DNA from: Nitrosopumilus sp.
Lineage (GTDB): Archaea; Thermoproteota; Nitrososphaeria; Nitrososphaerales; Nitrosopumilaceae
Assembly: GCA_963662625.1 (NCBI GenBank)
Contig: OY759726.1
Span: forward strand, 832,001 to 896,000
DNA length: 64,000 nt
Direction of reading: 5' to 3'
Part shown: in pieces, positions 46,374 through 56,933 of the stretch
How positions within the stretch are numbered: position 1 is the stretch's first letter
Layout: each line of letters opens with the position of its first letter
Program-made: the position numbers and the translations under genes
Notes under the pieces: generated by a model
Told to the model about the DNA's origin: nothing
The model's database searches: none
The model's input: the letters and a program-made list of their open reading frames with translations, nothing else

Positions 46374-47438
46374 TTAAACCACTTTGGTTATTTTTGCCAG
46401 ATTGGCCGCCTTTCTGCGGGTCATGCCCGTTTCCTTTAGAATGGTGTGCCTGTCCGGCCTCAAATCCTGCGCGATCATCAGCGCGCTGACCACCTCTTCC
46501 TCCCCCAGTCCGATCTGTTTTGCCGTAGTGGGTGCTCCCACGTCCTTCAGCGCCTTGACTATCTTTTTCCAGTCCTGCCCCTGCAACTTTGCCATCATGA
46601 TGGAGCCTATCCCGCATTTTTCGCCGTGGAGCCCCCTCCCGGGGGATATCCTGTCCAACGCGTGAGAGAAAAGATGCTCTGCGCCCGAACACGGCCTGCT
46701 GCTTCCGGCTATGCACGAGGCGACCCCTGCGCTGAGCAGCGCCTCCACGATGACCCTCGCGTCAAGCCCCTCTCTTGCGTACCGCGCAGAGTTTTCCATC
46801 ACCATTTTCGCGCTCATCAGCGCTAGGCTTGCCGAATACCTCCCATAGTACTCCCCGGTCTTCTCGTGGCCCAGCTGCCAGTCTTTCACCGCGATGATGT
46901 TTGCAATCAGGTCGCCGCAGCCGCTCGCAAGCAGCTTCGCAGGGGCCTTTTTTATGACGTCGATGTCCACAAAGACGCCCAGCGGGGCAGCCGCCACTAT
47001 GGAATGCGGCTTTTCGCTTCTTACAGACACAAACGGGCTCGCCATCCCGTCATGGGACGCCGCGGTGGGGACGCTGACAAACGGGGTGCCGAGGTTAAAA
47101 GAGACCATTTTTGCCGTGTCAACGCTGCGGCCCCCCCCCGCCCCCACGACGAGGTCGCTCCCGTCCTCCTCCACCTCCCTTTGAATCTGGGTTATGGACT
47201 TCATCTCGTTGTCCTTGGACGTGTGCCAGACGACCCCGATTTTCCTCGATTTTAGCGATTTTTCCAGCTTCTTTCCCAGAATTTTCTTCACGCTGGTGCC
47301 CGAAACCACCGATATTTTATTGGGCCTGTTTAGCGCCCGCACGAACCCCCCGAACCCGCCGATGTTCTTCTCGCCTACCACGATTAGCCTAGGCAGCTCC
47401 ATCGTATGTGACCGCATGCGATCTTCCCCCCGCGTCAT
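46374..47438 (-). CDS. egsA: sn-Glycerol-1-phosphate dehydrogenase
   Basis: GGGRSVD, PTAASHDG, SRPCSGAEH and LHGEKCG. Confidence 0.95.
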   Translation of the reverse strand: MTRGEDRMRSHTMELPRLIVVGEKNIGGFGGFVRALNRPNKISVVSGTSVKKILGKKLEKSLKSRKIGVVWHTSKDNEMKSITQIQREVEEDGSDLVVGAGGGRSVDTAKMVSFNLGTPFVSVPTAASHDGMASPFVSVRSEKPHSIVAAAPLGVFVDIDVIKKAPAKLLASGCGDLIANIIAVKDWQLGHEKTGEYYGRYSASLALMSAKMVMENSARYAREGLDARVIVEALLSAGVASCIAGSSRPCSGAEHLFSHALDRISPGRGLHGEKCGIGSIMMAKLQGQDWKKIVKALKDVGAPTTAKQIGLGEEEVVSALMIAQDLRPDRHTILKETGMTRRKAANLAKITKVV

Positions 47439-47506
47439 TATTTATCATTTCAAGGGATCAAAAAGTTATTTAAAAGGGTGCCACACCAGTTAGGATATCT
47501 CACTAG

Positions 47507-48148
47507 GTGTACTTTTTGTCAAACAACGTCGAAGAAAAAATTTTGCACGGGACTACCACTGTAGGTATCAAGGCCAAGGACGGCGTCGTACTGTGCGCTG
47601 ACATGAGGGCCAGCGCGGGATACTTTATCGCCAACAACAACACGATGAAAATCCAAAAAATCGACCACCACGCGGGCCTGACGCTTGCGGGCGGGGTGGC
47701 CGACGCGCAGAACATAGTTGACATTTTACGATACCACGCAAACCTGCACAGGGTAAACAAGCAGGATCCGATCCCAATCCGCTCCCTGGCCAGGCTCTGT
47801 TCCCTTATCTTCCACCAAAACAGGGGCTACCCGTTCATAGCCGACATACTCGTCGGCGGCCACGACTCGGGCGGCCCCGAGCTGTTTAACATAGACATGT
47901 TCGGCTCCGCCGAGGCCAGGTCGTACGTCACGACGGGAAGCGGGTCCCCGGTTGCATACGGCCTGCTTGAAGACGAGTACAGGGAGGATCTTGCCGTGGA
48001 CGAGGCAAAGGACATAGCCCTGAGGGCCGTAAAGGCGGCCATCGTCCGCAACATCGGGACGGGGGACGGGATCAACGTGGCCGTCATGGACAAGGACGGC
48101 TTCCGCCTCTTGGCAGGCGAACAAAAGAAAGCCGTCATTGATCTTTAG
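47507..48148 (+). CDS. psmB: Proteasome beta subunit
   Basis: HG|TTTVG autocleavage site and GSGS. Confidence 0.95.
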   Translation: MYFLSNNVEEKILHGTTTVGIKAKDGVVLCADMRASAGYFIANNNTMKIQKIDHHAGLTLAGGVADAQNIVDILRYHANLHRVNKQDPIPIRSLARLCSLIFHQNRGYPFIADILVGGHDSGGPELFNIDMFGSAEARSYVTTGSGSPVAYGLLEDEYREDLAVDEAKDIALRAVKAAIVRNIGTGDGINVAVMDKDGFRLLAGEQKKAVIDL

Positions 48149-48155
48149 TGATTTA

Positions 48156-50093
48156 ATGCAAAGAAAAAACCAACGCAGAGAAGCACCCACCAGCCAAAAC
48201 ATAATGGCCACCATACTGCAAAGTATTCCCAGGGAGGCAAGGGTGACCAAGATAGAATACGAGGGGCCCAGAATCGCGCTGTATACAAGCTCGCCGCGCT
48301 ACCTTATGGAAAACAACGAAACTATCTCGAACCTCGTCAACGTGATAAAGAAGCGGATCGTCGTAAGGACCGACGAGTCGATCAGAAAAACCGAGGACGA
48401 CGCGCGCAAGATCATCGCCGAGTCAGTGCCCAAGGCCGCAAGCCTGCAAGGCGCCACGTTCGACACCGCCACGGGGGAGGCATCCATCGAGGCGAAGCGG
48501 CCCTGGCTGCTACAAAGGGACTCCAAGGAGTTCAACCAAATAGACGTCACGGAAAAGACCGGATGGAAACTGCGCGTAAGGAAGGCGACGACAATCCCGT
48601 CTAGAACAATACAGACCATCAACACCACCCTTAAGCAGTACTCGGCAGACCGCAGCAAGCAGCTAAAGCAGGTAGGCGACGAGATCTTCCGGCCGCGCCT
48701 GTCGCCAAAGACCGAGGTCTCGCTGTATACGCTAGGGGGATTCGGCCAGGTGGGCCGCTCCTCGATGCTCCTCTCCACCCCCGAGAGCAAGATTCTCATC
48801 GACTGCGGCGTCAACCCGGGGGCCCGCTCCCCCATGGAGGCGTACCCTAGGCTGGACTCCCTGAACATCACCCTTGACGACCTCGATGCCGTGGTAATCG
48901 GGCACGCGCACCTGGATCATACCGGATTCCTGCCCGTCCTGTGCAAGTACGGGTACAGGGGCCCGGTCTACTGCACCGAGCCCACCCTTCCCATGATGAA
49001 CCTGATCCAGCTAGACGCCATCAAGGTAGCCGCCGCGCAGGGCCGCACCCCGATATACTCGGAAAGGGACGTGAAGCAGATCATGAAGCAGGCAATCACG
49101 CTGCCGTACGGGACGGTAACCGACCTTTCCCCAGACATCAAGCTGGTGCTGGCAAACGCGGGGCACATCCTCGGCTCCGCCCTGTGCCACTTTCACATAG
49201 GCAACGGCGACCACAACTTTGTCTATTCCGGGGACATAAAATTCGGGAAGAGCATCCTGTTCGAGGCCGCGAGCTGGAATTTCCCTAGGGTGGAGACCCT
49301 GCTGATCGAGAGCACCTACGGCCTCAAGGAGGACATCCAGCCCACAAGGCAGGAGGTCGAGTCCGCCTTCATCAACGCGGTGAACAACACGCTTGCAGAC
49401 GGCGGCAAGGTCCTCATCCCGATCCCGGCGGTAGGCCGCGCCCAGGAAATAATGATGGTCATAGACCACTATATGAAATCCGGCCAGATGGTAGAGGCGC
49501 CCGTGTTCACGGAGGGGATGATCTCCGAGGCGTCCGCGATACACGAGTCGTATCCGGAATACCTGGCCAAGGAGCTCAAGCAAAAGATCCTGGAGACCGA
49601 CGACAACCCGTTTGACTCGGAGTACTTTACGAACATTGACCACTCCGACACCCGCGAAGAGCCGATGAGGGAAGGCTCCCCCTGCATAATCCTGGCCACG
49701 TCGGGAATGCTGGAGGGCGGGCCCGTGCTGGAATACTTTAAGAACGTTGCGCCCGACAAGAAGAACAAGGTCCTCTTCGTGTCCTACCAGGTCAACGGCA
49801 CGCTTGGCAGGCGCGTCCTGGACGGCTCAAGGCAGGTCACGATGCTCGGCAAGGAAGGCAAGGTGGAGGTCATCACGATAAACTGCAGCGTGGAAAAATT
49901 GGACGGGTTCAGCGGACACAGCGACTACAACCAGCTCATGTCATTCGTGCAGAGGCTGCGGCCTAAGCTGAGGCGGGTGCTGGTGAACCACGGCGAAAGA
50001 AAAAAGTCGGAGAACCTGGCAATGAACATAAGGCGGATGTACCGGCTGCTGTCGCACTACCCCCAGATCCAAGAGGCAATAAAATTATTTTAG
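48156..50093 (+). CDS. aCPSF1 (FttA) KH/beta-CASP ribonuclease
   Basis: KH domains, HAHLDH, AGHILGS and FSGHSD. Follows psmB. Confidence 0.95.
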   Translation: MQRKNQRREAPTSQNIMATILQSIPREARVTKIEYEGPRIALYTSSPRYLMENNETISNLVNVIKKRIVVRTDESIRKTEDDARKIIAESVPKAASLQGATFDTATGEASIEAKRPWLLQRDSKEFNQIDVTEKTGWKLRVRKATTIPSRTIQTINTTLKQYSADRSKQLKQVGDEIFRPRLSPKTEVSLYTLGGFGQVGRSSMLLSTPESKILIDCGVNPGARSPMEAYPRLDSLNITLDDLDAVVIGHAHLDHTGFLPVLCKYGYRGPVYCTEPTLPMMNLIQLDAIKVAAAQGRTPIYSERDVKQIMKQAITLPYGTVTDLSPDIKLVLANAGHILGSALCHFHIGNGDHNFVYSGDIKFGKSILFEAASWNFPRVETLLIESTYGLKEDIQPTRQEVESAFINAVNNTLADGGKVLIPIPAVGRAQEIMMVIDHYMKSGQMVEAPVFTEGMISEASAIHESYPEYLAKELKQKILETDDNPFDSEYFTNIDHSDTREEPMREGSPCIILATSGMLEGGPVLEYFKNVAPDKKNKVLFVSYQVNGTLGRRVLDGSRQVTMLGKEGKVEVITINCSVEKLDGFSGHSDYNQLMSFVQRLRPKLRRVLVNHGERKKSENLAMNIRRMYRLLSHYPQIQEAIKLF

Positions 50094-50363
50094 GTCGTAC
50101 TCGGGCTTCCAGATCTTGATGTTGGACGGCGCGACGATGATCCTTTCCTCGCCCAGCCTCGCGATGTCCGCCCCCTCTGCCTTTGCAATCGAATACAGCT
50201 CCTCGACCACCCTGCGAAGCTGCTCCACGTCCCGCTGGGCCAGGGGGGTCACCCGGAGAATCAACACCATGCTCTTCTTGATGTCCTCCTTGATCGAGTG
50301 CACGTCGCTGACATCCCTGATGGTGATTGCCTTCAGGTACGTGGTATTTTCATGCTCCTGCAT
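50085..50363 (-). CDS. sepF: Cell division protein SepF
   Basis: DIARLGEERIIVAP. Confidence 0.8.
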   Translation of the reverse strand: MQEHENTTYLKAITIRDVSDVHSIKEDIKKSMVLILRVTPLAQRDVEQLRRVVEELYSIAKAEGADIARLGEERIIVAPSNIKIWKPEYDLK

Positions 50364-50425
50364 ACTGCTGAAAATGCGATCTACTCACTCAAAAACTCTT
50401 CCATGCCGCCGGCCAATCCGCGTGC

Positions 50426-51433
50426 CTAAATTCTGAATTTGGCGTAGGAATCCTCTTTTGCGGCGGTGGCGCGCACCTCGCTGGCGGCGCCGTCCCCCTT
50501 GACCGTGACAAACGATTCTTCTTCCCCCGGAGCGTCAGAATACCGCAGCGTCACCCCCGCGCCAAACTCGACGTGGGCCCCCGCGTTGTCACCGCGCAGG
50601 ATCGAGACCGGGCCCACGTGGTCGCGCGCCTCCAGCAGTATGTCCCCGCCCAGCGCGATGGCCGCGATCACGTCGTTCTCGCCCTTGTTCCTCCCGACCA
50701 CAAGCTTTGTGCTCTCGTCCAGCCTGAAATGCCTGCCGACCTTCAGCAGGTCGATGTCGTTGATCGTCGGCGTCCCTACATGCTCGAAGAGATCCCTCGT
50801 CCTGGCCCCAAACGCGGGATCGGTCAGCAGGCACCCGCCCCCGGCGTTTGGCGGGTTCTCGATCCCGTACTCCCTCGCCATCTGCAGCTGGGCCCTCCTG
50901 GTCCTCCCCCTTATCATCCCGAGATCCTCCCTCCTGATCAGGCCGTCCTTCTCGGGATCTGTCTTTGGCAGCAGCGCCGCAGACAGCGGCCTGACAATCT
51001 TTCCGACCAACTCCGACTCCTTCTCTATGGTCCTGAGCGCCTGCCTGTGCTGGCTCATGGGCCTCTGCCCCAGGACCTCGCCCGAGATGACGAACTCCGC
51101 GCCGATCTCCTCCATGCGCTTCTTTGCGGCGTCGAACATCATCGCCCTGCAATCGATGCACGGGTTGAACCCCGCGCCGCGCCCGTACTTCGGGCTCTTC
51201 AGCATCTCGATGTACTCGTCCCCCAAGTAGACCGTCTTCAGGTCCACGTTCAGGTCGTCTGCCCTCTCCCTGATCTCAAAGCCGCAGCCCCTGCCGCAGT
51301 CGAAGTCGCAAAACGGGGTCTTTATCGCCACGGCCGACACGTCAAACCCCCGCTCCTGCATCATCCTCACGGCAAGCTGGCTGTCCAGCCCGCCCGACAG
51401 CAGGGCCACCACCTTCTTCTTTTCTTCTGGCAC
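50426..51433 (-). CDS. ThiI/MnmA-like tRNA thiouridylase (PP-loop) with DUF814-like C-terminus
   Basis: SGGLDS, NPCIDC, GEVLGQRPMSQ, GGCLLT and GRHFR. GTG 51433. Confidence 0.85.
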   Translation of the reverse strand: MPEEKKKVVALLSGGLDSQLAVRMMQERGFDVSAVAIKTPFCDFDCGRGCGFEIRERADDLNVDLKTVYLGDEYIEMLKSPKYGRGAGFNPCIDCRAMMFDAAKKRMEEIGAEFVISGEVLGQRPMSQHRQALRTIEKESELVGKIVRPLSAALLPKTDPEKDGLIRREDLGMIRGRTRRAQLQMAREYGIENPPNAGGGCLLTDPAFGARTRDLFEHVGTPTINDIDLLKVGRHFRLDESTKLVVGRNKGENDVIAAIALGGDILLEARDHVGPVSILRGDNAGAHVEFGAGVTLRYSDAPGEEESFVTVKGDGAASEVRATAAKEDSYAKFRI

Positions 51434-51504
51434 ATCCCCCCATCCCCGGCCCCGGTATACAAACTTTACATCATACATAAATTTGGAAGGGACGTCCCCT
51501 TCTT

Positions 51505-52569
51505 GTGCAGCGTCGAAGGAAGAACCTACTCGAACTGGCAGGCAGGGCTGGCTGCGACACCCTGGTGGCATTCGAGCCTGAAAACCTGTTCTACATGACC
51601 GGCTTTTGGGGCGAGGCGGCGGGGATCCTGGAAAAAAACGGCAGGGCCTCCATCATTGCGCCGGAGCTCGAGGCCGGCCGGGCCAGGGACGAGTCCAGCG
51701 ACTGCGACGTGGTATCCGCGGAGCGGGGCAGCGGGCTGATCGCGTCCCTTGTAAGGCAGATAAAGGGTTCCATGGCATGCACGGACTGCCAAAACTATTC
51801 CGTGATGAAATCGCTGAAGAAGGCCGTGCCCAAGATCAAGCCAGCGGCGGGCCCGTTCTGCGACGCCAGGATGATAAAGGACGAGGCCGAGATCAGGATC
51901 CTGAGGAAGGCCTCCGGGATCATCGACGAGATGTTTGAACTGTGCGCGGGGAAGATGGCGGCGGGGCAGAGGGAATCCGAGCTGCAGGCGCTCCTCATGG
52001 CATACGCGGCGGGCAGGGGGATGTTTGACACCGGGTACAGGCACACCCTGAACCCGCTGATCGTCGCGGGGGGGCCAAACGGGGCGCTGCCGCACGCCCA
52101 GGTCACCGGCAGGAGGTTCAAAAGGGGGGACCTGGTGGTAGTCGACCTCACCCTGCGTTACAAGGGGTACGTGTCTGACGCGACCAGGACGTTTGCGGTT
52201 GGGGGCGCCTCCCGCCGGGCGAGCGAGGCCTACGAGGCCGTCAGGGAGTCGCAAAAACTCGGCTTGCGGGCCTCCAGGCCGGGGGCGCGCTGCAGCGACG
52301 TCGACCTCGCATGCAGGGGGCTCATCGAAGAGCGGAACTTCGGGGAACGGTTCATCCATTCGACGGGGCACGGGATAGGGCTGGAAGTGCACGAGCGGCC
52401 CGCGGTTTCCCCCAGGAACGGCGCCGCGCTGGAGAGGAACATGGCGATCACCGTGGAGCCCGGGATATACGTTCCGGGCAAATTCGGCGTAAGGATCGAG
52501 GACTCGCTGATCGTGAAAGACAGGCCGCTCGTCATGCACAAGTTTACCAAGGACCTGGTAGCGGTCTAG
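51505..52569 (+). CDS. M24 Xaa-Pro aminopeptidase
   Basis: YVSDATRT, HSTGHGIGLEVHE, TVEPGIY and GVRIED. Confidence 0.93.
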   Translation: MQRRRKNLLELAGRAGCDTLVAFEPENLFYMTGFWGEAAGILEKNGRASIIAPELEAGRARDESSDCDVVSAERGSGLIASLVRQIKGSMACTDCQNYSVMKSLKKAVPKIKPAAGPFCDARMIKDEAEIRILRKASGIIDEMFELCAGKMAAGQRESELQALLMAYAAGRGMFDTGYRHTLNPLIVAGGPNGALPHAQVTGRRFKRGDLVVVDLTLRYKGYVSDATRTFAVGGASRRASEAYEAVRESQKLGLRASRPGARCSDVDLACRGLIEERNFGERFIHSTGHGIGLEVHERPAVSPRNGAALERNMAITVEPGIYVPGKFGVRIEDSLIVKDRPLVMHKFTKDLVAV

Positions 52570-52571
52570 GG

Positions 52572-53072
52572 CTAGTCGTAAAAATCAACCAGGTCGATGA
52601 TGTGGTCCGACTTGGGGTTGTTTCCCTTGACCGACCCGGCACCCACGTCGACGTCCCAGGAGTAGTCCATCTGTCCCTTGTACGACGTGAAGTTCAGCAA
52701 GACCCTGTCCGGCCCGGGACCGGCGGCAAGGACCCGTACGTCCACGCTGGTCTTCTTGTTGTCGTAGATCCTCTCGTCGGGGTACTCCTCGCCTATCTTG
52801 CCCGAGATCGCCTCCGCCACGCTCAGCCCCTTGCCGTTTGGCCCCTTGTAGCCCATCAGGGCGTCCAGGACCCGCCTTTCATCGTCCGTCAGATCGTCGG
52901 GAAAATGGCTTTGAAGGTCGCTTTTTGTCAGCTCCGGGACTACGAAGACGACCGCTATGGTCACTGCCGCAAGGTAGAACGGGGCCCTCTTCTTGGCGAA
53001 TTTTTTGAACCCCGACTCCCTCGGCCTGTCTTCCTTCCTCGGCCTGCCTTCCTTCCTCGATCCCCTTCCCAT
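52572..53072 (-). CDS. Hypothetical single-TM protein
   Basis: Basic N-terminus, one TM helix and an extracellular domain. Confidence 0.72.
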   Translation of the reverse strand: MGRGSRKEGRPRKEDRPRESGFKKFAKKRAPFYLAAVTIAVVFVVPELTKSDLQSHFPDDLTDDERRVLDALMGYKGPNGKGLSVAEAISGKIGEEYPDERIYDNKKTSVDVRVLAAGPGPDRVLLNFTSYKGQMDYSWDVDVGAGSVKGNNPKSDHIIDLVDFYD

Positions 53073-53082
53073 TTCCCTGACC

Positions 53083-53922
53083 TTATCTTCTTGCAGTCAA
53101 AATTAAAACTTCCCAGGGAAACTCGACAACCCCGTTCCTCCCAGTGTACGGCCTGGTGGCGTCCGCGATCCTTTCCTTCAGCCGCCTGCACTCCGCCCTG
53201 CCCAGCGCCCTCAGTTTCTCCTTTTCCGGCCCCGTGGCATACCTCCTGTAGTTCCTCCAGTACTCCTCAAACGTCCCGGGGCTGTACCTGAACACAAATC
53301 CCCTCACCGAAATCCCGGAAAACCCGGCGTCCCCCACCACCTTCCTCAGGGCCGGCTTGGATCCATACCTGTCAAGCTGCGGCGTGCCCGGGGGGACATA
53401 GTCCGGGATGAATTCCTTCACCGCCTCCAGGATGTTGACGTAGAACGGGACCCCGTGCCCGTGGACCGTTATGCCCAGCCTGCCGGATCTCCTGAGGCTG
53501 TTTCTCATGTTCCCGAGGGCCCTTGTCGCGTTGGGGAAGAAAAACAGCCCGTATTGGCACGTAACCGCATCGAATTTTCCAGCAAAGCCCAGCCTCTCCG
53601 CATCCGCGTTTATGAAGTGCACGTTCGGGCGCTTGGCGTTCCACCCCCTCGCTATCCTGATCGCCGTGGCAGACATGTCGGCCCCAACAACCATGCCCGC
53701 GTCGCCCACCTTCCGGGAGATCTTTTTCGTGACGACCCCCGTCCCGCACGCTACATCCAGCACCCTGTCCCCCTCCTTTATTCCTGCCAGTTCGACGAGC
53801 TTCTCCGTGCTCTGGAACGGGCCTATGTCGCCGCTTGCCCACCTCCTGTGGTAGCGCGGGGCGACCTCGTTCCACGCCCTGATGTTCCTTTTCTTGTATT
53901 CTGACGCGTTAATTCTTGCCAA
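53083..53922 (-). CDS. Class I SAM-dependent methyltransferase (UbiE-like)
   Basis: VLDVACGTG and FDAVTCQYGLFF. TTG 53922 inferred. Confidence 0.88.
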   Translation of the reverse strand: MARINASEYKKRNIRAWNEVAPRYHRRWASGDIGPFQSTEKLVELAGIKEGDRVLDVACGTGVVTKKISRKVGDAGMVVGADMSATAIRIARGWNAKRPNVHFINADAERLGFAGKFDAVTCQYGLFFFPNATRALGNMRNSLRRSGRLGITVHGHGVPFYVNILEAVKEFIPDYVPPGTPQLDRYGSKPALRKVVGDAGFSGISVRGFVFRYSPGTFEEYWRNYRRYATGPEKEKLRALGRAECRRLKERIADATRPYTGRNGVVEFPWEVLILTARR

Positions 53923-54094
53923 TCCCGCCCGGATCCCCCAAGTCCGCCTCCAGCGACCTTCCCGTCTCGTGAAAATACCTGCGCTCGATCTCCCCCCGCC
54001 TTTCTGCCAGTCCCGGGGAGCCGGAGTTCCTTTTCTGTTTCCTGACAACCTCCCTGTACACTCCAACCAGCCGCCGCAACTCTGACTTCTTCAT
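53909..54094 (-). CDS. Small hypothetical protein (61 aa)
   Basis: Overlaps the coaBC stop. EIERRYFHETG. Confidence 0.6.
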   Translation of the reverse strand: MKKSELRRLVGVYREVVRKQKRNSGSPGLAERRGEIERRYFHETGRSLEADLGDPGGIGKN

Positions 54095-55350
54095 TGCAAC
54101 CTTTTCTCAATCTGTTTTATGATGAATTTTGCGACGGCCTCCTTATTTTTTCTTCCGGAGGATGCCACCCGCGCGGAGTCTATTGCGAAGACCTCGTTGT
54201 TGTTCCTGTTCTGCTGGTACCTCTTCCCGACGTCGTTGGCTATGATCATGTCCGCGCCCACCTCGAGCAGCCTTTTTCTTGCCTCCCTCACCAGGGATCC
54301 TTTTGCCACGTCGGCCTCCGCCTTGAATCCCACCAGCAGCGCCTCTTTTTGGGACTTTCTGACGTGCTCGATGATCTTCGGCGCCTTCCTGAACCTGACC
54401 GTAAGGGCCTCCTCGCCGCTCTTGATCTTTTTCCGGCTCGGCTTCTCGGGGGTATAGTCGGAGGCAGCCGCCGCCATGATGACGATGTCGAACCTTTTCT
54501 TCATCTGCAGCCTCACCGCGTCGAGCATCTGCCTGCAGGTCTCGACGCGGATCACCCTTGCGCCCTCCGGGGGCCTTTCGACCCCGGGCCCGTAGACCAT
54601 GGTGACCTTCGCGCCGGCAGAAAGCAGCCCCGCCGCAAGCAGCACTCCGGTCCTGCCGGTGCTCTGGTTCGTGATGATCCTGACGGGATCTATGTGCTCT
54701 ATCGTGGGCCCGGCCGTCATCAGCACCCTCTTGCCTCTTAAGGCCTGCGACAGGCCGAACCTTCCCAGCACGTATTCCAAGACCTCCTCGGGTTCCGGCG
54801 CCTTTGCCTTCCCCTCAGTCACCGACGGCTCCAGAAACTCCGCCTTGCCTCTCAAAAACCCCACGTTCTTCTTCACCGCCGCGTTGTCGTACATCGAGGC
54901 GTGCATGGCCAGGCACGCCAGAATCGGGATCTTGGAGCCAAGGGCGACGGTAAGCACGGTGGAGACGGGCGTGTCGTCGATCCCGTTTGCAAGCTTTCCA
55001 AGCGTGTTTGCGGTGGCCGGATAGACGACCACCAGGTCTGACTGGCCGTAATCGGCAAGCCTGACGTGCTCCAGTCCGCCCGAAAGCCTAGTTATCACGG
55101 CGTTTCCAGTGGCCCACCTGAAGTATTCCGGCCGTATGAGCCTTGTGGCCGCACTGCTAGCGACGCATGTGACGTCCGCCCCGTGCCGCATCAGGAGCCT
55201 TGCCAGCTCGATCGCCTTGTAGGCGGCGACGCTGCCCGACACGCACAAGACTATCCTCTTGCCCGACAGCTCGGTTCCATGCGAGCCCACGATTTCCAGG
55301 GACGGGTGGCCCTTCCCCCCCTCCGGCCTCTTTCTACCCGCCAATTCCAT
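54091..55350 (-). CDS. coaBC: Bifunctional phosphopantothenoylcysteine decarboxylase/synthase
   Basis: SGSVAAYK, PATANT, TAGPT.EHIDPVR and VGFKAE. Confidence 0.95.
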   Translation of the reverse strand: MELAGRKRPEGGKGHPSLEIVGSHGTELSGKRIVLCVSGSVAAYKAIELARLLMRHGADVTCVASSAATRLIRPEYFRWATGNAVITRLSGGLEHVRLADYGQSDLVVVYPATANTLGKLANGIDDTPVSTVLTVALGSKIPILACLAMHASMYDNAAVKKNVGFLRGKAEFLEPSVTEGKAKAPEPEEVLEYVLGRFGLSQALRGKRVLMTAGPTIEHIDPVRIITNQSTGRTGVLLAAGLLSAGAKVTMVYGPGVERPPEGARVIRVETCRQMLDAVRLQMKKRFDIVIMAAAASDYTPEKPSRKKIKSGEEALTVRFRKAPKIIEHVRKSQKEALLVGFKAEADVAKGSLVREARKRLLEVGADMIIANDVGKRYQQNRNNNEVFAIDSARVASSGRKNKEAVAKFIIKQIEKRLQ

Positions 55351-56170
55351 CTCTCAGCTTCTTCAGTTCCGGCCCGTCCATCGAGAACCGGTTCTCCTCT
55401 GCCGGGAACGCGCCCGACTCGACGTCCGCCCTGTACTCTCCCAGGGCCTTGACGATGTCCTCGGCCAGGTTCATGTACCTCTTTGCAAACTTTGGCCTTA
55501 TCCTGTCATACATTCCGAGCAGGTCCTGGACAACCAGCACCTGGCCGTCGCAGCCGGAGCCGGAGCCGATCCCGATCGTCGGAACGCTCACGGCCCCTGA
55601 GATGATCTCGGCAACCTCGTGGACCACCATCTCCAGCACGATGCTGAAAGCACCCGCCTCCTCGAGGCTCTTCGCGTCCCGGATTAGCCTCGCCGCGGAG
55701 GCCTCCGTCTTGCCCTGCACCCTGTATCCCTGCGACAGCATCGTGGTCTGCGGCTGCAGGCCGATGTGCCCCATGACCGGTATCCCCACGTCCACTATCG
55801 CCTTGGCCGTGGCCGCCGCCGGGGTTCCGCCCTCCAGCTTCACCGCGTCCGCCCCCGCAGTCACGAGGCGCCCCGCGTTTCTGATGGCGTCATCGGCACT
55901 TGCCTGGTACGACATGAACGGCATGTCCGCAACAAGCAGCGAGCCACTCCTTGCGTTGCGCACCGCTTCGGTAAACACGCACATCTGTTCCATCGTCACG
56001 GGGATCGTGTCCTCGTAGCCAAGCATGACCATGCCCGCGCTGTCTCCCACCAGCAGGATGTCGATCCCCGCCCGGTCGCACAGCGAGGCCATGGTGTAGT
56101 CGTAGCTGGTGACGACGGAGATCTTCCTTGACTCCTTCATGTTTACGATGTCCTGGACCGACTTATGCAA
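55334..56170 (-). CDS. panB: 3-methyl-2-oxobutanoate hydroxymethyltransferase
   Basis: LVGDSAG, ADMPF, VKLEGG, GHIGLQPQ and CDGQVLV. Confidence 0.96.
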   Translation of the reverse strand: MHKSVQDIVNMKESRKISVVTSYDYTMASLCDRAGIDILLVGDSAGMVMLGYEDTIPVTMEQMCVFTEAVRNARSGSLLVADMPFMSYQASADDAIRNAGRLVTAGADAVKLEGGTPAAATAKAIVDVGIPVMGHIGLQPQTTMLSQGYRVQGKTEASAARLIRDAKSLEEAGAFSIVLEMVVHEVAEIISGAVSVPTIGIGSGSGCDGQVLVVQDLLGMYDRIRPKFAKRYMNLAEDIVKALGEYRADVESGAFPAEENRFSMDGPELKKLRDGIGG

Positions 56171-56927
56171 CACGCGCCCTCCCCGTAAGGTGGTCCCTAA
56201 TCTCCAGTACGGAGTCAGAGAGGTTTTTCTTGTTGTCAAAGCCGCCCACGATCCTTTCAAGCTGCCCCGGCCCCCTCCCGGCCAGCCTTTGGCAGGACTC
56301 GGTCAGCAGGCGCATTGCCCGGGTCACGTTGTCCACGATCGTGATGTCGGCAGCCCGCGCCGTCCTAGACAGCGGGTTCAGGTCAAACGCAATCACCTTC
56401 TTGCCCGCACCCCTCAGGGCAGCCGTCCGGTCCCCGTCTTCCAGCGGCACGACCACCACGTCTGCCGCAAAGATCCCCTCCGCGTCCACCGTGCGCCTCG
56501 CAGAGTCGGTCCCCGAGAGGCGCCTGGATCTCCTGCCGCTAGTGCCCAGCACCTGCCCCGCGCCGCTCCCCTTCAGCGCCCTCGCGATCGCCCGCCTCCT
56601 TTTTTCATCAGCGTAAAACAGGTTCACCTCGATCTTTGCCCCCGAGGCATCTCCCAGGCCCACGACTTCGTCCGGGCACAGCGCCGCCACGTTGCCGTTC
56701 ACCGAAATCACCGGCCTGCCTGCCAGTAGGAGCTGGGCAGCGGCCGCCCTTATCGCCCTCCTTGCAGGCCTGCCGGTCTTTTCGCCTAGGAGGTAGTCAA
56801 ACGCCTCCCCCCTTCCCTCTGCCAGCAGCCCCTCCGCTGCCACCAGCCCGCGCTCAAACCCGGAAACCAGCCTCTCCCTGACTTGGAGGGATTTTGCCCT
56901 GGGATGTGACTCCGGAATCAGCGCCAT
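56163..56927 (-). CDS. 4-phosphopantoate--beta-alanine ligase (phosphopantothenate synthetase)
   Basis: IPESHPR, GRGEAFDYLLGE, ISVNGN and PLEDGDR. Confidence 0.93.
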   Translation of the reverse strand: MALIPESHPRAKSLQVRERLVSGFERGLVAAEGLLAEGRGEAFDYLLGEKTGRPARRAIRAAAAQLLLAGRPVISVNGNVAALCPDEVVGLGDASGAKIEVNLFYADEKRRRAIARALKGSGAGQVLGTSGRRSRRLSGTDSARRTVDAEGIFAADVVVVPLEDGDRTAALRGAGKKVIAFDLNPLSRTARAADITIVDNVTRAMRLLTESCQRLAGRGPGQLERIVGGFDNKKNLSDSVLEIRDHLTGRARVA

Positions 56928-56933
56928 GGCGGT